Virus record (IMG/VR): IMGVR_UViG_3300032236_002285
Coordinates: 186,001 to 250,000 of that record
DNA: 64,000 bases
Strand: one strand, 5' to 3'
Shown here: in pieces, positions 19,698 to 30,276 of the stretch
Numbering within the stretch: the first letter of the stretch is position 1
Layout: every line of letters begins with the position of its first letter
Made by a program: the position numbers and the translations under genes
The notes under the pieces: model-generated
What the model was told of the DNA's origin: nothing
The model's input: the letters and a program-made list of their open reading frames with translations, nothing else
Database searches by the model: none

Positions 19698-21527
19698 ATG
19701 ATTGAACAATTAAAAGCGCAAATTATTAAGGCTAATGATGCCTATAGATTGGGTAAGCCAATCATATCCGATGCTAAATACGACCAATTAGTTGAGGAAC
19801 TTCAAATGTTATCACCATCTGATGAAATACTTTCTAAAGTAGGTCATACAGTTGCTGATGAATCCCGCAAATCTCGTCTTCCTATAGAAATGGCTTCAAT
19901 GAATAAAATCAAGTCAATGGAAGATATCGAAGATTGGTCACGTCTTAAAGGTATTTCAAAATACGAATATGTTATTATTACTCCTAAGTTTGATGGTCTT
20001 TCATTATGTGTTAATGAAACAACATCCGAAGCTTGGACTCGTGGTGATGGTGTATTCGGCCAAAAATCAAATGAACACTACTCATTAATTCAAAATCATC
20101 TTAACCTACAAGAAGATTCATTTAGCTTTACCTATGGTGAAGTTATGATGCCTAAACAAGTATTTGTTGATAAATACTCAGCAGACTTTGCTAATCCTCG
20201 TAATCTTGTTGCTGGTCTTTTAAATTCAAAAGATCCAAGTAATATTCTTAAAGATTGTCAGTATATTAAGTACGGTGCTATTTGTAAAAGAAACTTCTTT
20301 ACTAAACAAAATGTTATTAATGAACTTAATAAAGGACAAGCATCAAAAGTACAATATCATATTTGTCAACTATCTGACTTATCAGAAGACTTACTAATTG
20401 AACTATTCCATAAATTCTCTACTGAATATGAAATCGATGGTTTGATTATAGAATTAAACCGTCTTGAATTACAAGATCAGTTAGGTCGTGAAACATCTTC
20501 AAACAATCCTGTTTGGGCTCGTGCTTTCAAGCATCCAAGTTTTGAACAATCTGCTGAAACTGATGTTATTGGTATTTCTTGGAATATATCTAAACAAGGC
20601 TTATTAAAGCCAATTCTACATATTAATCCTGTTAAACTAGATGGTGTAACCGTGTCTAATGTTACTGGTAACAACGCCAGATTCGTAAAAGACTTAGGAC
20701 TTGGTATTGGTGCTAAAGTAGTCGTAAAACGCTCCGGAATGGTTATTCCAATCATTGCTGATGTTATCACCCCAGTTGAATTTGTTCAACCTACAATTGA
20801 AGGTGTTGAAGTAGATTGGAATGAAGCTGGTATTGAGTTAATTACTTTAACTGAAACTGACGATCAAAAATTAAAAAAGATTGTTGCTTTCTTTGAAATC
20901 TTAGAAGCTGACAATGTGTCAGAAGGAGTTATCACTCAATTATGGGAAGCTGGTTACAAAACAATTAAAGATGTTCTTAATCTTAAAAAAGAAGATTTAG
21001 AGAAAATTGACCGTTTTGGTAAGAGAAAAGCTGAGATTGTTTTTAACTCTATTCAAAAGTCTGTTAGTGGTGTTCAGTTGTCTAAACTACAACACGCAAC
21101 AGGTATCTTCAAAGGATTAGGTTCTAAGAAATTAGTTCTTTTAGAAGATTTCAAAACTAAACCAACATTAGACCAAGTAATGTCAATTGAAGGATTTGCT
21201 GAAGTATCAGCTCAATCTTATATTGATTCATATGACACGTTCTTTGATTTCATTAAAGATTTACCTGTCACAATTATAGAAAAAGTAGAGGCGGTTAAAG
21301 TTGGCACAGACCTTGAAGGTAAATCATTTGTCTTTACCGGAGTTCGTAGACCAGATTTAGAATCTGTGATTGAATCTCGTGGTGGTAAAATTGGTTCTGG
21401 TGTGTCTAAAACAACTACTCACCTTGTGATGAAGGCGATTGGTAGTGGCTCTTCTAAAGAAAAGAAAGCTATTGAGTTAGGTGTTGAAGTGATTACAATT
21501 GAACAATTAGAAAAAATGTTATCATAA
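19698..21527 (+). CDS. ligA: NAD-dependent DNA ligase
   Basis: ITPKFDGLSL (KxDG), NPRNLVAG, EIDGLII, OB, HhH and BRCT (KSFVFTG...GSGVSKTTTHLV) regions. Confidence 0.95.
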   Translation: MIEQLKAQIIKANDAYRLGKPIISDAKYDQLVEELQMLSPSDEILSKVGHTVADESRKSRLPIEMASMNKIKSMEDIEDWSRLKGISKYEYVIITPKFDGLSLCVNETTSEAWTRGDGVFGQKSNEHYSLIQNHLNLQEDSFSFTYGEVMMPKQVFVDKYSADFANPRNLVAGLLNSKDPSNILKDCQYIKYGAICKRNFFTKQNVINELNKGQASKVQYHICQLSDLSEDLLIELFHKFSTEYEIDGLIIELNRLELQDQLGRETSSNNPVWARAFKHPSFEQSAETDVIGISWNISKQGLLKPILHINPVKLDGVTVSNVTGNNARFVKDLGLGIGAKVVVKRSGMVIPIIADVITPVEFVQPTIEGVEVDWNEAGIELITLTETDDQKLKKIVAFFEILEADNVSEGVITQLWEAGYKTIKDVLNLKKEDLEKIDRFGKRKAEIVFNSIQKSVSGVQLSKLQHATGIFKGLGSKKLVLLEDFKTKPTLDQVMSIEGFAEVSAQSYIDSYDTFFDFIKDLPVTIIEKVEAVKVGTDLEGKSFVFTGVRRPDLESVIESRGGKIGSGVSKTTTHLVMKAIGSGSSKEKKAIELGVEVITIEQLEKMLS

Positions 21528-21528
21528 T

Positions 21529-21876
21529 ATGTCACTAATATACCATTTAGGAAAAGCTGAGACTTCTCAAGAAGGGGTAAAGGATTTAGTAAAAGATTTA
21601 GAAACTTGTGTACAAACACTTGAGAATATTAATAGTATTCTAAAAGGTTCAAAATATGGAAGGTCATATGCGGAAACCGAAGTCAATAAAAAGATTGAAG
21701 ATGGTATTTTAGATTCAATTCACAATGCTAATAATCACCAATTAAGTGTTATATTAAATGGTGGATATAGATTCAGATTCTATACTGAATTGAACGATAA
21801 AGAATTATTAAGAAACGAAATACAAAAAAGATTAAGACATAACAAATTAAAAGAATTACTAAATGACAGAATTTAA
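21529..21876 (+). CDS. hypothetical protein ending RHNKLKELL
   Basis: ORF. Confidence 0.6.
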   Translation: MSLIYHLGKAETSQEGVKDLVKDLETCVQTLENINSILKGSKYGRSYAETEVNKKIEDGILDSIHNANNHQLSVILNGGYRFRFYTELNDKELLRNEIQKRLRHNKLKELLNDRI

Positions 21877-22273
21877 TTATAACCCAACAATAACTGATAG
21901 AGTTATTAAGACAAAAGAAGAACAATTTGATAAGTTTTTTTATCAAGGGCATCCTAAGTTTTTAATTCCGGATTTTAATCAAAATCCTGAGGATATTTGG
22001 TTATCATATATGGACTTCTTGGAAAATAATCATTCTTGTGAGATATATGATCAAGATGGTGGTGAAGTTCACTCAATTGAAATCATTGATGAAGATTCTG
22101 GTTTGACAAAATGTATCTATACTGCTTGTGGTATAACGCTTGATGAAAGTGATGAACCGCAAGATGTAGATGTCGAGATAGAAGGTTATGTTGTTGAAAT
22201 TCCAGAAAATGGATTTAATGACTATGTATTTGTTGCTAAAAAAGTTTTTGAAAATTATAAAATGTCAATTTAA
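21863..22273 (+). CDS. acidic hypothetical protein
   Basis: ORF. Confidence 0.65.
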   Translation: MTEFNYNPTITDRVIKTKEEQFDKFFYQGHPKFLIPDFNQNPEDIWLSYMDFLENNHSCEIYDQDGGEVHSIEIIDEDSGLTKCIYTACGITLDESDEPQDVDVEIEGYVVEIPENGFNDYVFVAKKVFENYKMSI

Positions 22274-22275
22274 TT

Positions 22276-22653
22276 ATGATTTGGTTAGGAATTTTAATAG
22301 GATTTATATTAGGTCTTCCAATTGGATTTATCAAGTGGAAGAAAAAGCCTGTTGTTGAAAAGTATTCAAGAAGAGGTTTATTAAAAAAGAACTTTTCTGT
22401 TACTGACAATCTTTCTAATAGAAAAAGTTCAGTTGATGTTATGTATGAGATTGGTGAGTTAGAATCAACTGATAAGTTATCAAAGATTGAAGTTATTGAT
22501 CTTAAATCTGACCAATCTGAATACAATACAGATTATAATAAAAAGAGATTAACCGATATGGTTAATAAAACCTGGCTTGGATCTGATGAAATTACTTGGA
22601 TTACAACTGCTGCTGATGTGAGAAATAAAAAAATCGACAAAATATTAAATTAA
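22276..22653 (+). CDS. membrane-anchored hypothetical protein ending RNKKIDKILN
   Basis: N-terminal hydrophobic helix. Confidence 0.7.
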   Translation: MIWLGILIGFILGLPIGFIKWKKKPVVEKYSRRGLLKKNFSVTDNLSNRKSSVDVMYEIGELESTDKLSKIEVIDLKSDQSEYNTDYNKKRLTDMVNKTWLGSDEITWITTAADVRNKKIDKILN

Positions 22654-22654
22654 T

Positions 22655-23107
22655 ATGGATAATCAAAAACTAGAGAAGATATTTAGTTATCTACCACCTT
22701 CACTTGATAAAGTTAAAAATAACTTGAGTGAGAATGGTCAGAAAATTGGTCTAAAAACAGGATATGAACCTTACATTCAACACATTCCAGAAATGATTGA
22801 AGAAGCTCAAAGTGTTTTCATTGAGCTATGTGTTCAAGAAGGTATTTTAGACAAAAAGTTTTTAAGTGGTAAAGTTCATCGTCAAGGTATTATTGGTAGA
22901 TATTTAGATGATTCTGGTTCTGGTATTTATAAGTATTGGAATAGATTTATGTGTATTGATGAAAAATATCGTGAGTGGGAACAACCATATTACGCAATCA
23001 ACTTTGAAAAAGAAGGTAAAGATTTTCATGGCTGTTGTATAAACACTATGTCTCCAGAATTGATTTCTTTTTTTAGAGACCAAAAAATTAATGAAGTATT
23101 ATCATGA
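22655..23107 (+). CDS. hypothetical protein ending RDQKINEVLS
   Basis: ORF. Confidence 0.65.
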   Translation: MDNQKLEKIFSYLPPSLDKVKNNLSENGQKIGLKTGYEPYIQHIPEMIEEAQSVFIELCVQEGILDKKFLSGKVHRQGIIGRYLDDSGSGIYKYWNRFMCIDEKYREWEQPYYAINFEKEGKDFHGCCINTMSPELISFFRDQKINEVLS

Positions 23108-23412
23108 ACGGATTTGAAAGTTTAAGAATACCACATATAAAGTATATTTCTGAAACTCAATCAAAGAGTAAAGGAGAAAGAACTTTATATTATTTAGGTG
23201 GAGAACCAGAAGAAAATCATTCAAGATTAACCATAGGTAAACAATATGTAGTTAGAACTGCTTCTTACTCACCAAGTGCTGATATTGAGCGAGTTAGTGT
23301 ATGGTTATGTTCTGATGATGAAAATAAAGGTAGATTATGTAGGGTAAATCTAAATAATTTCGGTACCTTTGCAGATGTGCGTGATAGAAAAATAGACCAG
23401 ATAATTAAGTAA
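23104..23412 (+). CDS. hypothetical protein ending RDRKIDQIIK
   Basis: ORF. Confidence 0.65.
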   Translation: MNGFESLRIPHIKYISETQSKSKGERTLYYLGGEPEENHSRLTIGKQYVVRTASYSPSADIERVSVWLCSDDENKGRLCRVNLNNFGTFADVRDRKIDQIIK

Positions 23413-23427
23413 AAACAAACCAAATAT

Positions 23428-24216
23428 ATGACTATTGAACCCCATGAAGAATTAAAAATTTCCCAAAATTATGATGAAAAAAATCTCTCAGGAGAGCCAA
23501 CTTTTGCTGATATATATAATATAAATTTAGGTGAGCAATCACCATTAACGGCAGAAAAAGGCAATACCATTGAGGATGAATTAATGACTCCTCAAACAAA
23601 AAATGAACGGCAAATTATGGAATCGAAGGCGATTTTATTCAGTGATCAAGAAAAACTATTTAGAGAAAGAACGGGTAAAGATTTCTCTACACTCTACACA
23701 AAGTATTACCCAAAATTAGTATATTTTACATCTAAAATATGCAATGACCCTCAAAAGGCAGAAGATATCTCAACAGATTCATTCATGGCAGCTTTTGAGA
23801 AGATTGAGAAATATGAAAAGGAAAAATCTCAATTCTCTACATGGCTATTCACAATAGCAAAAAACTTAGCACTTCAAGACCTTAAAAGCAACAAAAAAAC
23901 AATGTCTTTAGATATTGAGTTTGATGATGAAGGTACAACAATGAAAGACTTTATTCAAGAAGAAGATGGTGATAATCTTATTCATGAAATTCATGCCAAA
24001 AAAGCTGAAATTATGAAGAAGCACATTCAAAACTTGAAAAATCCTTATCGTGATGTAATTGAAATGCGTGAGTTAAAAAGAATGTCTTATAAAGATATTT
24101 CTGACCAACTTAATCTTAACCTATCAACGGTTAAGTCACAAATTCGTAATGGAAGAGCTATCTTAGTTCGTGAAACTAAGAAAGAGTTTGATGCGATTGA
24201 TGAAATGTTAATGTAA
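23428..24216 (+). CDS. ECF-type sigma-70 factor
   Basis: Region 2 (AEDISTDSFMAAFEKI...FSTWLFTIAKN) and region 4 (MSYKDISDQLNLNLSTVKSQIRNGR). Confidence 0.9.
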   Translation: MTIEPHEELKISQNYDEKNLSGEPTFADIYNINLGEQSPLTAEKGNTIEDELMTPQTKNERQIMESKAILFSDQEKLFRERTGKDFSTLYTKYYPKLVYFTSKICNDPQKAEDISTDSFMAAFEKIEKYEKEKSQFSTWLFTIAKNLALQDLKSNKKTMSLDIEFDDEGTTMKDFIQEEDGDNLIHEIHAKKAEIMKKHIQNLKNPYRDVIEMRELKRMSYKDISDQLNLNLSTVKSQIRNGRAILVRETKKEFDAIDEMLM

Positions 24217-24220
24217 TTAT

Positions 24221-25516
24221 ATGAACATAGAATCTCTAGGAAGACAGGCTATAGATAGAATCAAGTCTGAATGGGGCTTGCCCTTACACGGATTTGTCGC
24301 TGGAGGTGCCATCGCAAACATTGTTTGGGAATTGGTATCAGGCAACAAAGCAGTGGTCAATGATATTGACATCTTTGTTTTTGATGGTATTGAAAAAGAA
24401 ATAGATTCAAATAAAAATTCTCTTTTCAATTACCAAGAAAAAGAAACAAAGTATTATGAAGACTATAATGGTATGAATTTTAATAATTATACCAAGGATT
24501 TCTATTCTATAGTTGAGTCTGAGAGAGACGATATGTTTAATACTATTAAATATAAATCAAACACATCAGATCCTTCTTTAATTATTAAATCATTTGATAT
24601 TAATGCCACCCGCATCGGTTACGATATTGATAATGATAAAATCTATTGGACTTCTGAGTTTGAAGACTTCTTAAAAACTGGTGAACTAAAGATTACAAAT
24701 CTTATGACACCTTCTCACACCGCAATTCGCATTGCTAAAAAGAATAAAGAGTTAAATGCTAAACTTGATGAATTTGAATTCAAATTAATTCAATATGCTC
24801 TTTCTTATAGATTTATAGATAGAATCAAACTAAGATTTAGAGAAAGATATTTAGAAATGTGTAGAGAGTATAAAGATGTACTAACTAAGTATTTTCAAAT
24901 GTCAAGAGATTTAGAATCTGAGGAATGGGTTTTAAGAGAAAAAGGCGAAAAAGTAGAACTTTATTATCTAGTAGCTAGAGATTATGAACTGGAGAAAATT
25001 ACTGATGAGTTTGAAAAAATTGTTTACAGTAGTTTACCTAAAATCTTTGATGATGAGAATATTAATAAGATATTCAAGTCAACCGACTTCTTATTCTATA
25101 TGAGAAATATCTATAATAAAGAACAAAATATTAAAGATATGTGGTCTAAGCTATACTACTTCTTTAATGATGTTCACTATATAGATAGAGAAATTAACCA
25201 AGAAGATATGCAACTCTTAGAAAGATTTGCTAAATACGCTCCAGATTCTATTGAAAATCTTAAAGGTCTAAAAATCTCTGAGCAAATAGAAATTATTAAA
25301 AAGTTTTTAGATACATTTAAGGAAGATCCATTAATAGCAATTTCAATTTTAGAAAATACTAGAGTTGATAAGAACATTGTTTTAGATGAGCAAACTATGT
25401 TACTTTTAGAACTTTCTGTAAGAAAAAAAATTATTAATGATACTCGTGGTAAAGTCAATAAAATCTTGAATATTGAGGAAGCTGTTGAAAGTAAACCAGG
25501 TGATATCATCTGGTAA
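24221..25516 (+). CDS. class II nucleotidyltransferase (CCA-adding/poly(A) polymerase head-like)
   Basis: FVAGGAIAN...NDIDIF and SFDINATRIGY motifs. Confidence 0.7.
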   Translation: MNIESLGRQAIDRIKSEWGLPLHGFVAGGAIANIVWELVSGNKAVVNDIDIFVFDGIEKEIDSNKNSLFNYQEKETKYYEDYNGMNFNNYTKDFYSIVESERDDMFNTIKYKSNTSDPSLIIKSFDINATRIGYDIDNDKIYWTSEFEDFLKTGELKITNLMTPSHTAIRIAKKNKELNAKLDEFEFKLIQYALSYRFIDRIKLRFRERYLEMCREYKDVLTKYFQMSRDLESEEWVLREKGEKVELYYLVARDYELEKITDEFEKIVYSSLPKIFDDENINKIFKSTDFLFYMRNIYNKEQNIKDMWSKLYYFFNDVHYIDREINQEDMQLLERFAKYAPDSIENLKGLKISEQIEIIKKFLDTFKEDPLIAISILENTRVDKNIVLDEQTMLLLELSVRKKIINDTRGKVNKILNIEEAVESKPGDIIW

Positions 25517-25566
25517 TTCTAAACTTTCTTGATATATAAAATATAAAATAAAAAATAATAAGAAAT

Positions 25567-25890
25567 ATGGTAGCATATATAACAGAATTAAATGCAGATA
25601 ACTATGACAACTTTGTTAAAGAAGGATTAGTACTTGTTGACATTTGGGCGGCTTGGTGCGGTCCTTGTAAAATGATTTCACCTATTGTAGATGAAATCTC
25701 ATCAGACTATGTTGATAGACTTAAAGTTGGTAAATGTGACGCTGATGCAAATAGAGATAAAGTTATGGAACTTGGTGTTAGAAATATTCCTACACTTTTC
25801 CTTTACAAAGATGGCCAAATTGTTGAAACTACAAAAGGTGCTATAACAAAAAAGGCAATAACTGAACTCATTGATAAACACTTATCATAA
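25567..25890 (+). CDS. trxA: thioredoxin
   Basis: WCGPC active site, cis-Pro IPT. Confidence 0.95.
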   Translation: MVAYITELNADNYDNFVKEGLVLVDIWAAWCGPCKMISPIVDEISSDYVDRLKVGKCDADANRDKVMELGVRNIPTLFLYKDGQIVETTKGAITKKAITELIDKHLS

Positions 25891-26465
25891 TGAAAGATAT
25901 TGGTTACCTTTTTGACCTATTGAAAAAATCTAACATATCTCTATTGGGATATAAATTTAATCAAGAAAGGCTTAAAGATGAGATTATTTCAAAACTACCT
26001 CACTTGGTGGTTCATGAAATAAACTCGTCTTTTTCTTTTAAATCTTTTTTAAGAGATTTGAAACTTCAATCAATTTTAGAAACTAGTGAGACTATAAAAA
26101 ATCCAGAGTATCTTGTTTTAGATTTGAATGATATTAGATTTAAATCAGATGATTTAGGTGATAGACAAAGACAAATATCTAATATTCTAAATAGGCTTAG
26201 AGAAGATATGTACTCTGGTTCTGATGTGCCTTATAAACTTTTGATACTCACCTCACTATACAGTAGTGGAAAGAACGTCGATGATGTTAATATTACAAAT
26301 TTTTCTGGCGGTAGCAAACCAATCTTTATGAGTGACGTAGTATTTGTAATGCAAGAAGAATCAATGAAAGTAATAAAGAATAGATTTGATGAAAACAACA
26401 TTGATATTTCTTACAATAAATTAAAAGATTATAACTATATTTGCAACTATGAAAATAACAACTAA
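25890..26465 (+). CDS. hypothetical protein (possible degenerate RecA/DnaB-fold C-terminus)
   Basis: GGSKPIFMSDVVFVM...KVIKNRF. Confidence 0.55.
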   Translation: MKDIGYLFDLLKKSNISLLGYKFNQERLKDEIISKLPHLVVHEINSSFSFKSFLRDLKLQSILETSETIKNPEYLVLDLNDIRFKSDDLGDRQRQISNILNRLREDMYSGSDVPYKLLILTSLYSSGKNVDDVNITNFSGGSKPIFMSDVVFVMQEESMKVIKNRFDENNIDISYNKLKDYNYICNYENNN

Positions 26466-26895
26466 CAAAAAAGCTTATTACGAATACTTTGTCATTGAAG
26501 ACTTTGATGCTGGTATTATGCTTTTAGGAAGTGAAGTAAAGTCAATCAGAGAAGGTAACTTGAGTTTAATTGATTGTTTTGCTTACATTTCAGATGGTGA
26601 ACTTTGGTTAAAAAATATGAAAGTGGCTCGATATAAACAAGTCCATGTTGCTGAAAAACATGAAGAAAATCGAGACAAAAAATTACTTCTCAATAGAAAA
26701 GAAATAAATAAAATTGAAAAGTTACTTCAAGATAATGGAACAACTATGGTTCCTTTAGAAGTATTCACAGCACATAATCGAATTAAAGTTAAGATTGGTG
26801 TTGTTAAAGGTAAGAAGCTATATGATAAAAGATCCACTATTAAAGAGAGAGATATAAAAAGAGAGATAAACAGAGAAAGTAATTTTAATATATAA
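26449..26895 (+). CDS. smpB: SsrA-binding protein SmpB
   Basis: NKKAYYEYF...AGIMLLGSEVKSIR...RDKKLLLNRKEI...KGKKLYDKR. Confidence 0.95.
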   Translation: MKITTNKKAYYEYFVIEDFDAGIMLLGSEVKSIREGNLSLIDCFAYISDGELWLKNMKVARYKQVHVAEKHEENRDKKLLLNRKEINKIEKLLQDNGTTMVPLEVFTAHNRIKVKIGVVKGKKLYDKRSTIKERDIKREINRESNFNI

Positions 26896-26914
26896 GTAAA
26901 TATATTTATGTATT

Positions 26915-27787
26915 ATGTTAAACAATAAAGAAAAATCAATAAAATATTTATTGGAGAATTACTCAGTTAAATCAAAGGTTGAAATACAAAATGATTTAAA
27001 TTTATCTTGGTCTTATATACAAAAATTAGCATGTCTTAATGGTATTAAAAGAACATCAAATGAGTCACCAAATGATTGGAGATATAAAAAGTTAATAAAC
27101 TATAATGATAATATCTCTATGTATTGGATAGGATTTATGATAGCAGACGGTCATATTTCTAAAAAGAAGAATATACAGATTAATATATCTATAAAAGATA
27201 AACTACATCTGTTAAAAATAACAGAACATATTGGTAATATTTCTATAAATCTAACTGATAGTCAAATAAGAGCTACTATAAACGATAGAAGAACTACGAG
27301 TGTTTTATCAAATGATTTTAAATGGCTTTCTAATAAGACAAAAAATCCAATAGAAATACCAAAAATTATTTCTGAGGATTCTTTATTTAGTTTAATTATT
27401 GGATTTATAGATGGTGATGGTACCATAAATAAAAAAGGACATATTTTTGTTAAGTGTGATGGTTCTTGGAAGAATAATTTGGAATATTTTTATTATATAT
27501 TAACAGGTGAAAAAAAAGTATTTAATCTAACAAGTGATGGTTTATCCATAATCTATATTCTTAAATTTAAGAATTTAATTCAAATTAAAGAAAGAGCTAA
27601 ATTATTAAATTTACCAATAATGAGTAGAAAGTGGGATAGAATAGAAAATAAAGTTTTCAAGAGTGATAAATATGAGATTGTTAAAACTCTACTTAAAGAA
27701 GGTAATTCTATTAAAGAGACAATTGATAAAACAAACTTTGGACAAACTCTTGTTTATAAAGTTTATAAAGAAATTAATAAAATTTAA
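26915..27787 (+). mobile_element. free-standing LAGLIDADG homing endonuclease
   Basis: YWIGFMIADGHI and IIGFIDGDGTI motifs plus HTH-like ends. Confidence 0.85.
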
Positions 27788-27788
27788 A

Positions 27789-28151
27789 ATGGCTCGTAAA
27801 CCTAAAGATATAAATCCTCTTTTGGACAAACTCAGTAAATCACTTACTGAAGAAGAAATTCTTAAACATCTTGTTAAATTGGTAAAATCATTTGATCCTT
27901 ACCAGTATAAAGAAGTCATATATAATAACCCTTATTACAAGTCTTTAATTCCAGATATTCAAGTTGATATAATCAAAGATTTAGAAAATGTTAAAGATTC
28001 TTTAGTAAAAGAAATTGAAAAGATAGAGTCAGATCTTAAAAAGATTGGAAATAAAGACTCTGCGGAACAATTAAAAAATCTTAAAAGAGATTGTTTGGCT
28101 TTAATCTATGAAATTGATGAACGTAAAAGAGAGATAGATAGTTTATCTTAA
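27789..28151 (+). CDS. hypothetical coiled-coil protein
   Basis: Start reassigned to ATG 27789. Confidence 0.6.
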   Translation: MARKPKDINPLLDKLSKSLTEEEILKHLVKLVKSFDPYQYKEVIYNNPYYKSLIPDIQVDIIKDLENVKDSLVKEIEKIESDLKKIGNKDSAEQLKNLKRDCLALIYEIDERKREIDSLS

Positions 28152-29789
28152 TAAAGAGTCAACATATCTTTCAATGTGTTTAGCTTTCTTAATGTCTTCT
28201 ATAATTTCTTCTTCCCTTCTTTTATCAATTCTATCAATATAATACTCAGTATCACCAGAATACTGAAATTCATTTAAAATATTTCTGGTATAAAAAAACG
28301 TAAGTCCTCTTTCATTAGATAAACTTTTAATAGATTTTAATTTAGCTATAACCATTGATAAATCTTCAATAGTTTGAATATTCTGAGAAAGTAAATAATT
28401 TTTGATCTTTTTACCAATTTCCATAAATATTTTAAATATTTCCTTAATTGCCTCATTATTAGAATTATTAACTATGTTAAGAGACTTAATATATAGCTTT
28501 ATATAGTCCTCATTATAAGAATTTAGTGATTTGAAACTACTAACAATATTTGATAAGTAATAATGTCTATCTGATTCATCAGCTTTCATTATTTCATAAA
28601 TATTATTAGACATACTATCTAAAGTGTCAAATCCTGGTCTACTTTTATAAATTGAAATAAAAGCAAAATCACTACAAACTGATTTTATAACTAATTTTTG
28701 AAGATTTTTAAGTTCAGTAATATCTTGTTTAATACCCATTTTACCAACTAATGCAGACATGTATCTTTCAATGTTAGCCTTTTTTATTTCAGAATCACTT
28801 ACTAATCTAGTAGCACCTTCTCTTGATTCAGTTCTACTTTTTCTTACATCACTAACTTTAGTTCCAACAGATTTAAGTACATCACCAATCATTAAAACAA
28901 TAGCAAAGTCTGATCTATCAACTGATTTATAATCATATATTGACCAATCTGTTTCACCCCACTCTCTTAAATTATAATTTTTATTTACTGGAAGATTGAA
29001 ATCAAATGGATTTGATTCTTTTTTCTTTTCTTCTTCTTTTATTTTTCCTACTACATGTATAGGTTCATCTGATGGTGTATAAATATGTAGTTTACCATGG
29101 TCACTAGCTGGTGAATCCACATCACCCATTGTCCAAGAATCTATAAATCTTGAATCTTGATTTCTCCATTCTCTCCAATTTACTCCATCTACCGCACGGT
29201 CAGGTGTTCCACCATTAGCAACATTTTGAATGGCGTTAAGATGATCATTGTCATCTCTCCATATTTTAGCTAACGACAATCTATTTAAATCTTCATAATC
29301 TTCAGACCAAACACCAATAACTAATTGGCCATGTTGTAATTCATTATAATCTTTAACCGGTGTTAATTTACCTGTTTTTATATCTAATGTGTTTTTTATG
29401 TAATCTAATTCTTCATTACTAAATGGTTCATTCTGATTTGTTTTTGCATAACCTTTAAGATACTTATTAAAATCCATTGTAAGATCACCTGTACCTGTGA
29501 ATCCTAAATATCCCTCATCCATTGAGAACCAGAATTTCAAACAGTATAGACCTCTTTCATCTTCCTCAGTTGATTTTATTTTAAGTGCTTGATTTTTATT
29601 AAGATACTTAACATTATCATCTTTGATTTTATCAATAGGAATATCTAATTTAGCTATCATAGTTTTTAATTTATCACGGAATCTTTCTTTGGAATTATTA
29701 TCTACTTTACTTTTCAAAAATTTCATCATTTTTGACAAAGCATTAGATTCAAAAGCCTCAAATAACATTAGATATTTCATGTCTGACAT
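28143..29789 (-). CDS. hypothetical protein with N-terminal MKYLMLFEAFES tag
   Basis: 548 aa; TAATATATA motif at 29794-29802. Confidence 0.7.
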   Translation of the reverse strand: MSDMKYLMLFEAFESNALSKMMKFLKSKVDNNSKERFRDKLKTMIAKLDIPIDKIKDDNVKYLNKNQALKIKSTEEDERGLYCLKFWFSMDEGYLGFTGTGDLTMDFNKYLKGYAKTNQNEPFSNEELDYIKNTLDIKTGKLTPVKDYNELQHGQLVIGVWSEDYEDLNRLSLAKIWRDDNDHLNAIQNVANGGTPDRAVDGVNWREWRNQDSRFIDSWTMGDVDSPASDHGKLHIYTPSDEPIHVVGKIKEEEKKKESNPFDFNLPVNKNYNLREWGETDWSIYDYKSVDRSDFAIVLMIGDVLKSVGTKVSDVRKSRTESREGATRLVSDSEIKKANIERYMSALVGKMGIKQDITELKNLQKLVIKSVCSDFAFISIYKSRPGFDTLDSMSNNIYEIMKADESDRHYYLSNIVSSFKSLNSYNEDYIKLYIKSLNIVNNSNNEAIKEIFKIFMEIGKKIKNYLLSQNIQTIEDLSMVIAKLKSIKSLSNERGLTFFYTRNILNEFQYSGDTEYYIDRIDKRREEEIIEDIKKAKHIERYVDSLLR

Positions 29790-29809
29790 ACTCTATATAT
29801 TAAAAAATA

Positions 29810-29841
29810 TTTGGTAAAATAAAACTTTATTCTTAATTTTG
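29810..29841 (+). promoter_or_regulatory. Bacteroidota sigma70-type promoter
   Basis: TTTG-N20-TAATTTTG. Confidence 0.75.
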
Positions 29842-29852
29842 TATAACAAACA

Positions 29853-30245
29853 AAGAGTCGTTAAGACAAAAGTTAAGAAATTAACAAGTTGAAAGACTTC
29901 ACATTATAAACAATTTAGAAGATAAGTGTGAGTCTTAACGAAATTATGGTAGTAAGTAGCTGTTAAATATGTTAACACCCTTGTTAAAGCCAGTGAACTA
30001 CCTTGTATTATATTATATGATAATAGTAAGGGTGTAGATATCAAAGTCGTGTTGGTGATAGATGTCTCAAATATAACTAAATGAATAAACCCAACTCAAA
30101 GAAGATTAAACCGAGCAGAATGGTAACACTGCTCAACCGAGGCGAAAGCATATTAAAAGGTAATCCTAAGTGATGAGGTCACTAAAAGTTAAGGTAAGGT
30201 TCTCGGATTTCGACCATACTTAGCAGGCGTTCCAAACATCTTCTT
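29853..30245 (+). ncRNA. putative large structured ncRNA
   Basis: No ORF; many complementary segments, two crossing helix pairs and GNRA loops; directly after a promoter. Confidence 0.6.
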
Positions 30246-30276
30246 TTTTTATTAAAAATTATTAAAAACAAAGTAT

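Noticed and set aside
30190-30215. tmRNA call from GGATTTCGAC, prompted by nearby smpB
   Set aside because: No GGGG 5' acceptor, no T arm or CCA end, and no tag ORF downstream; kept only as an unclassified ncRNA.
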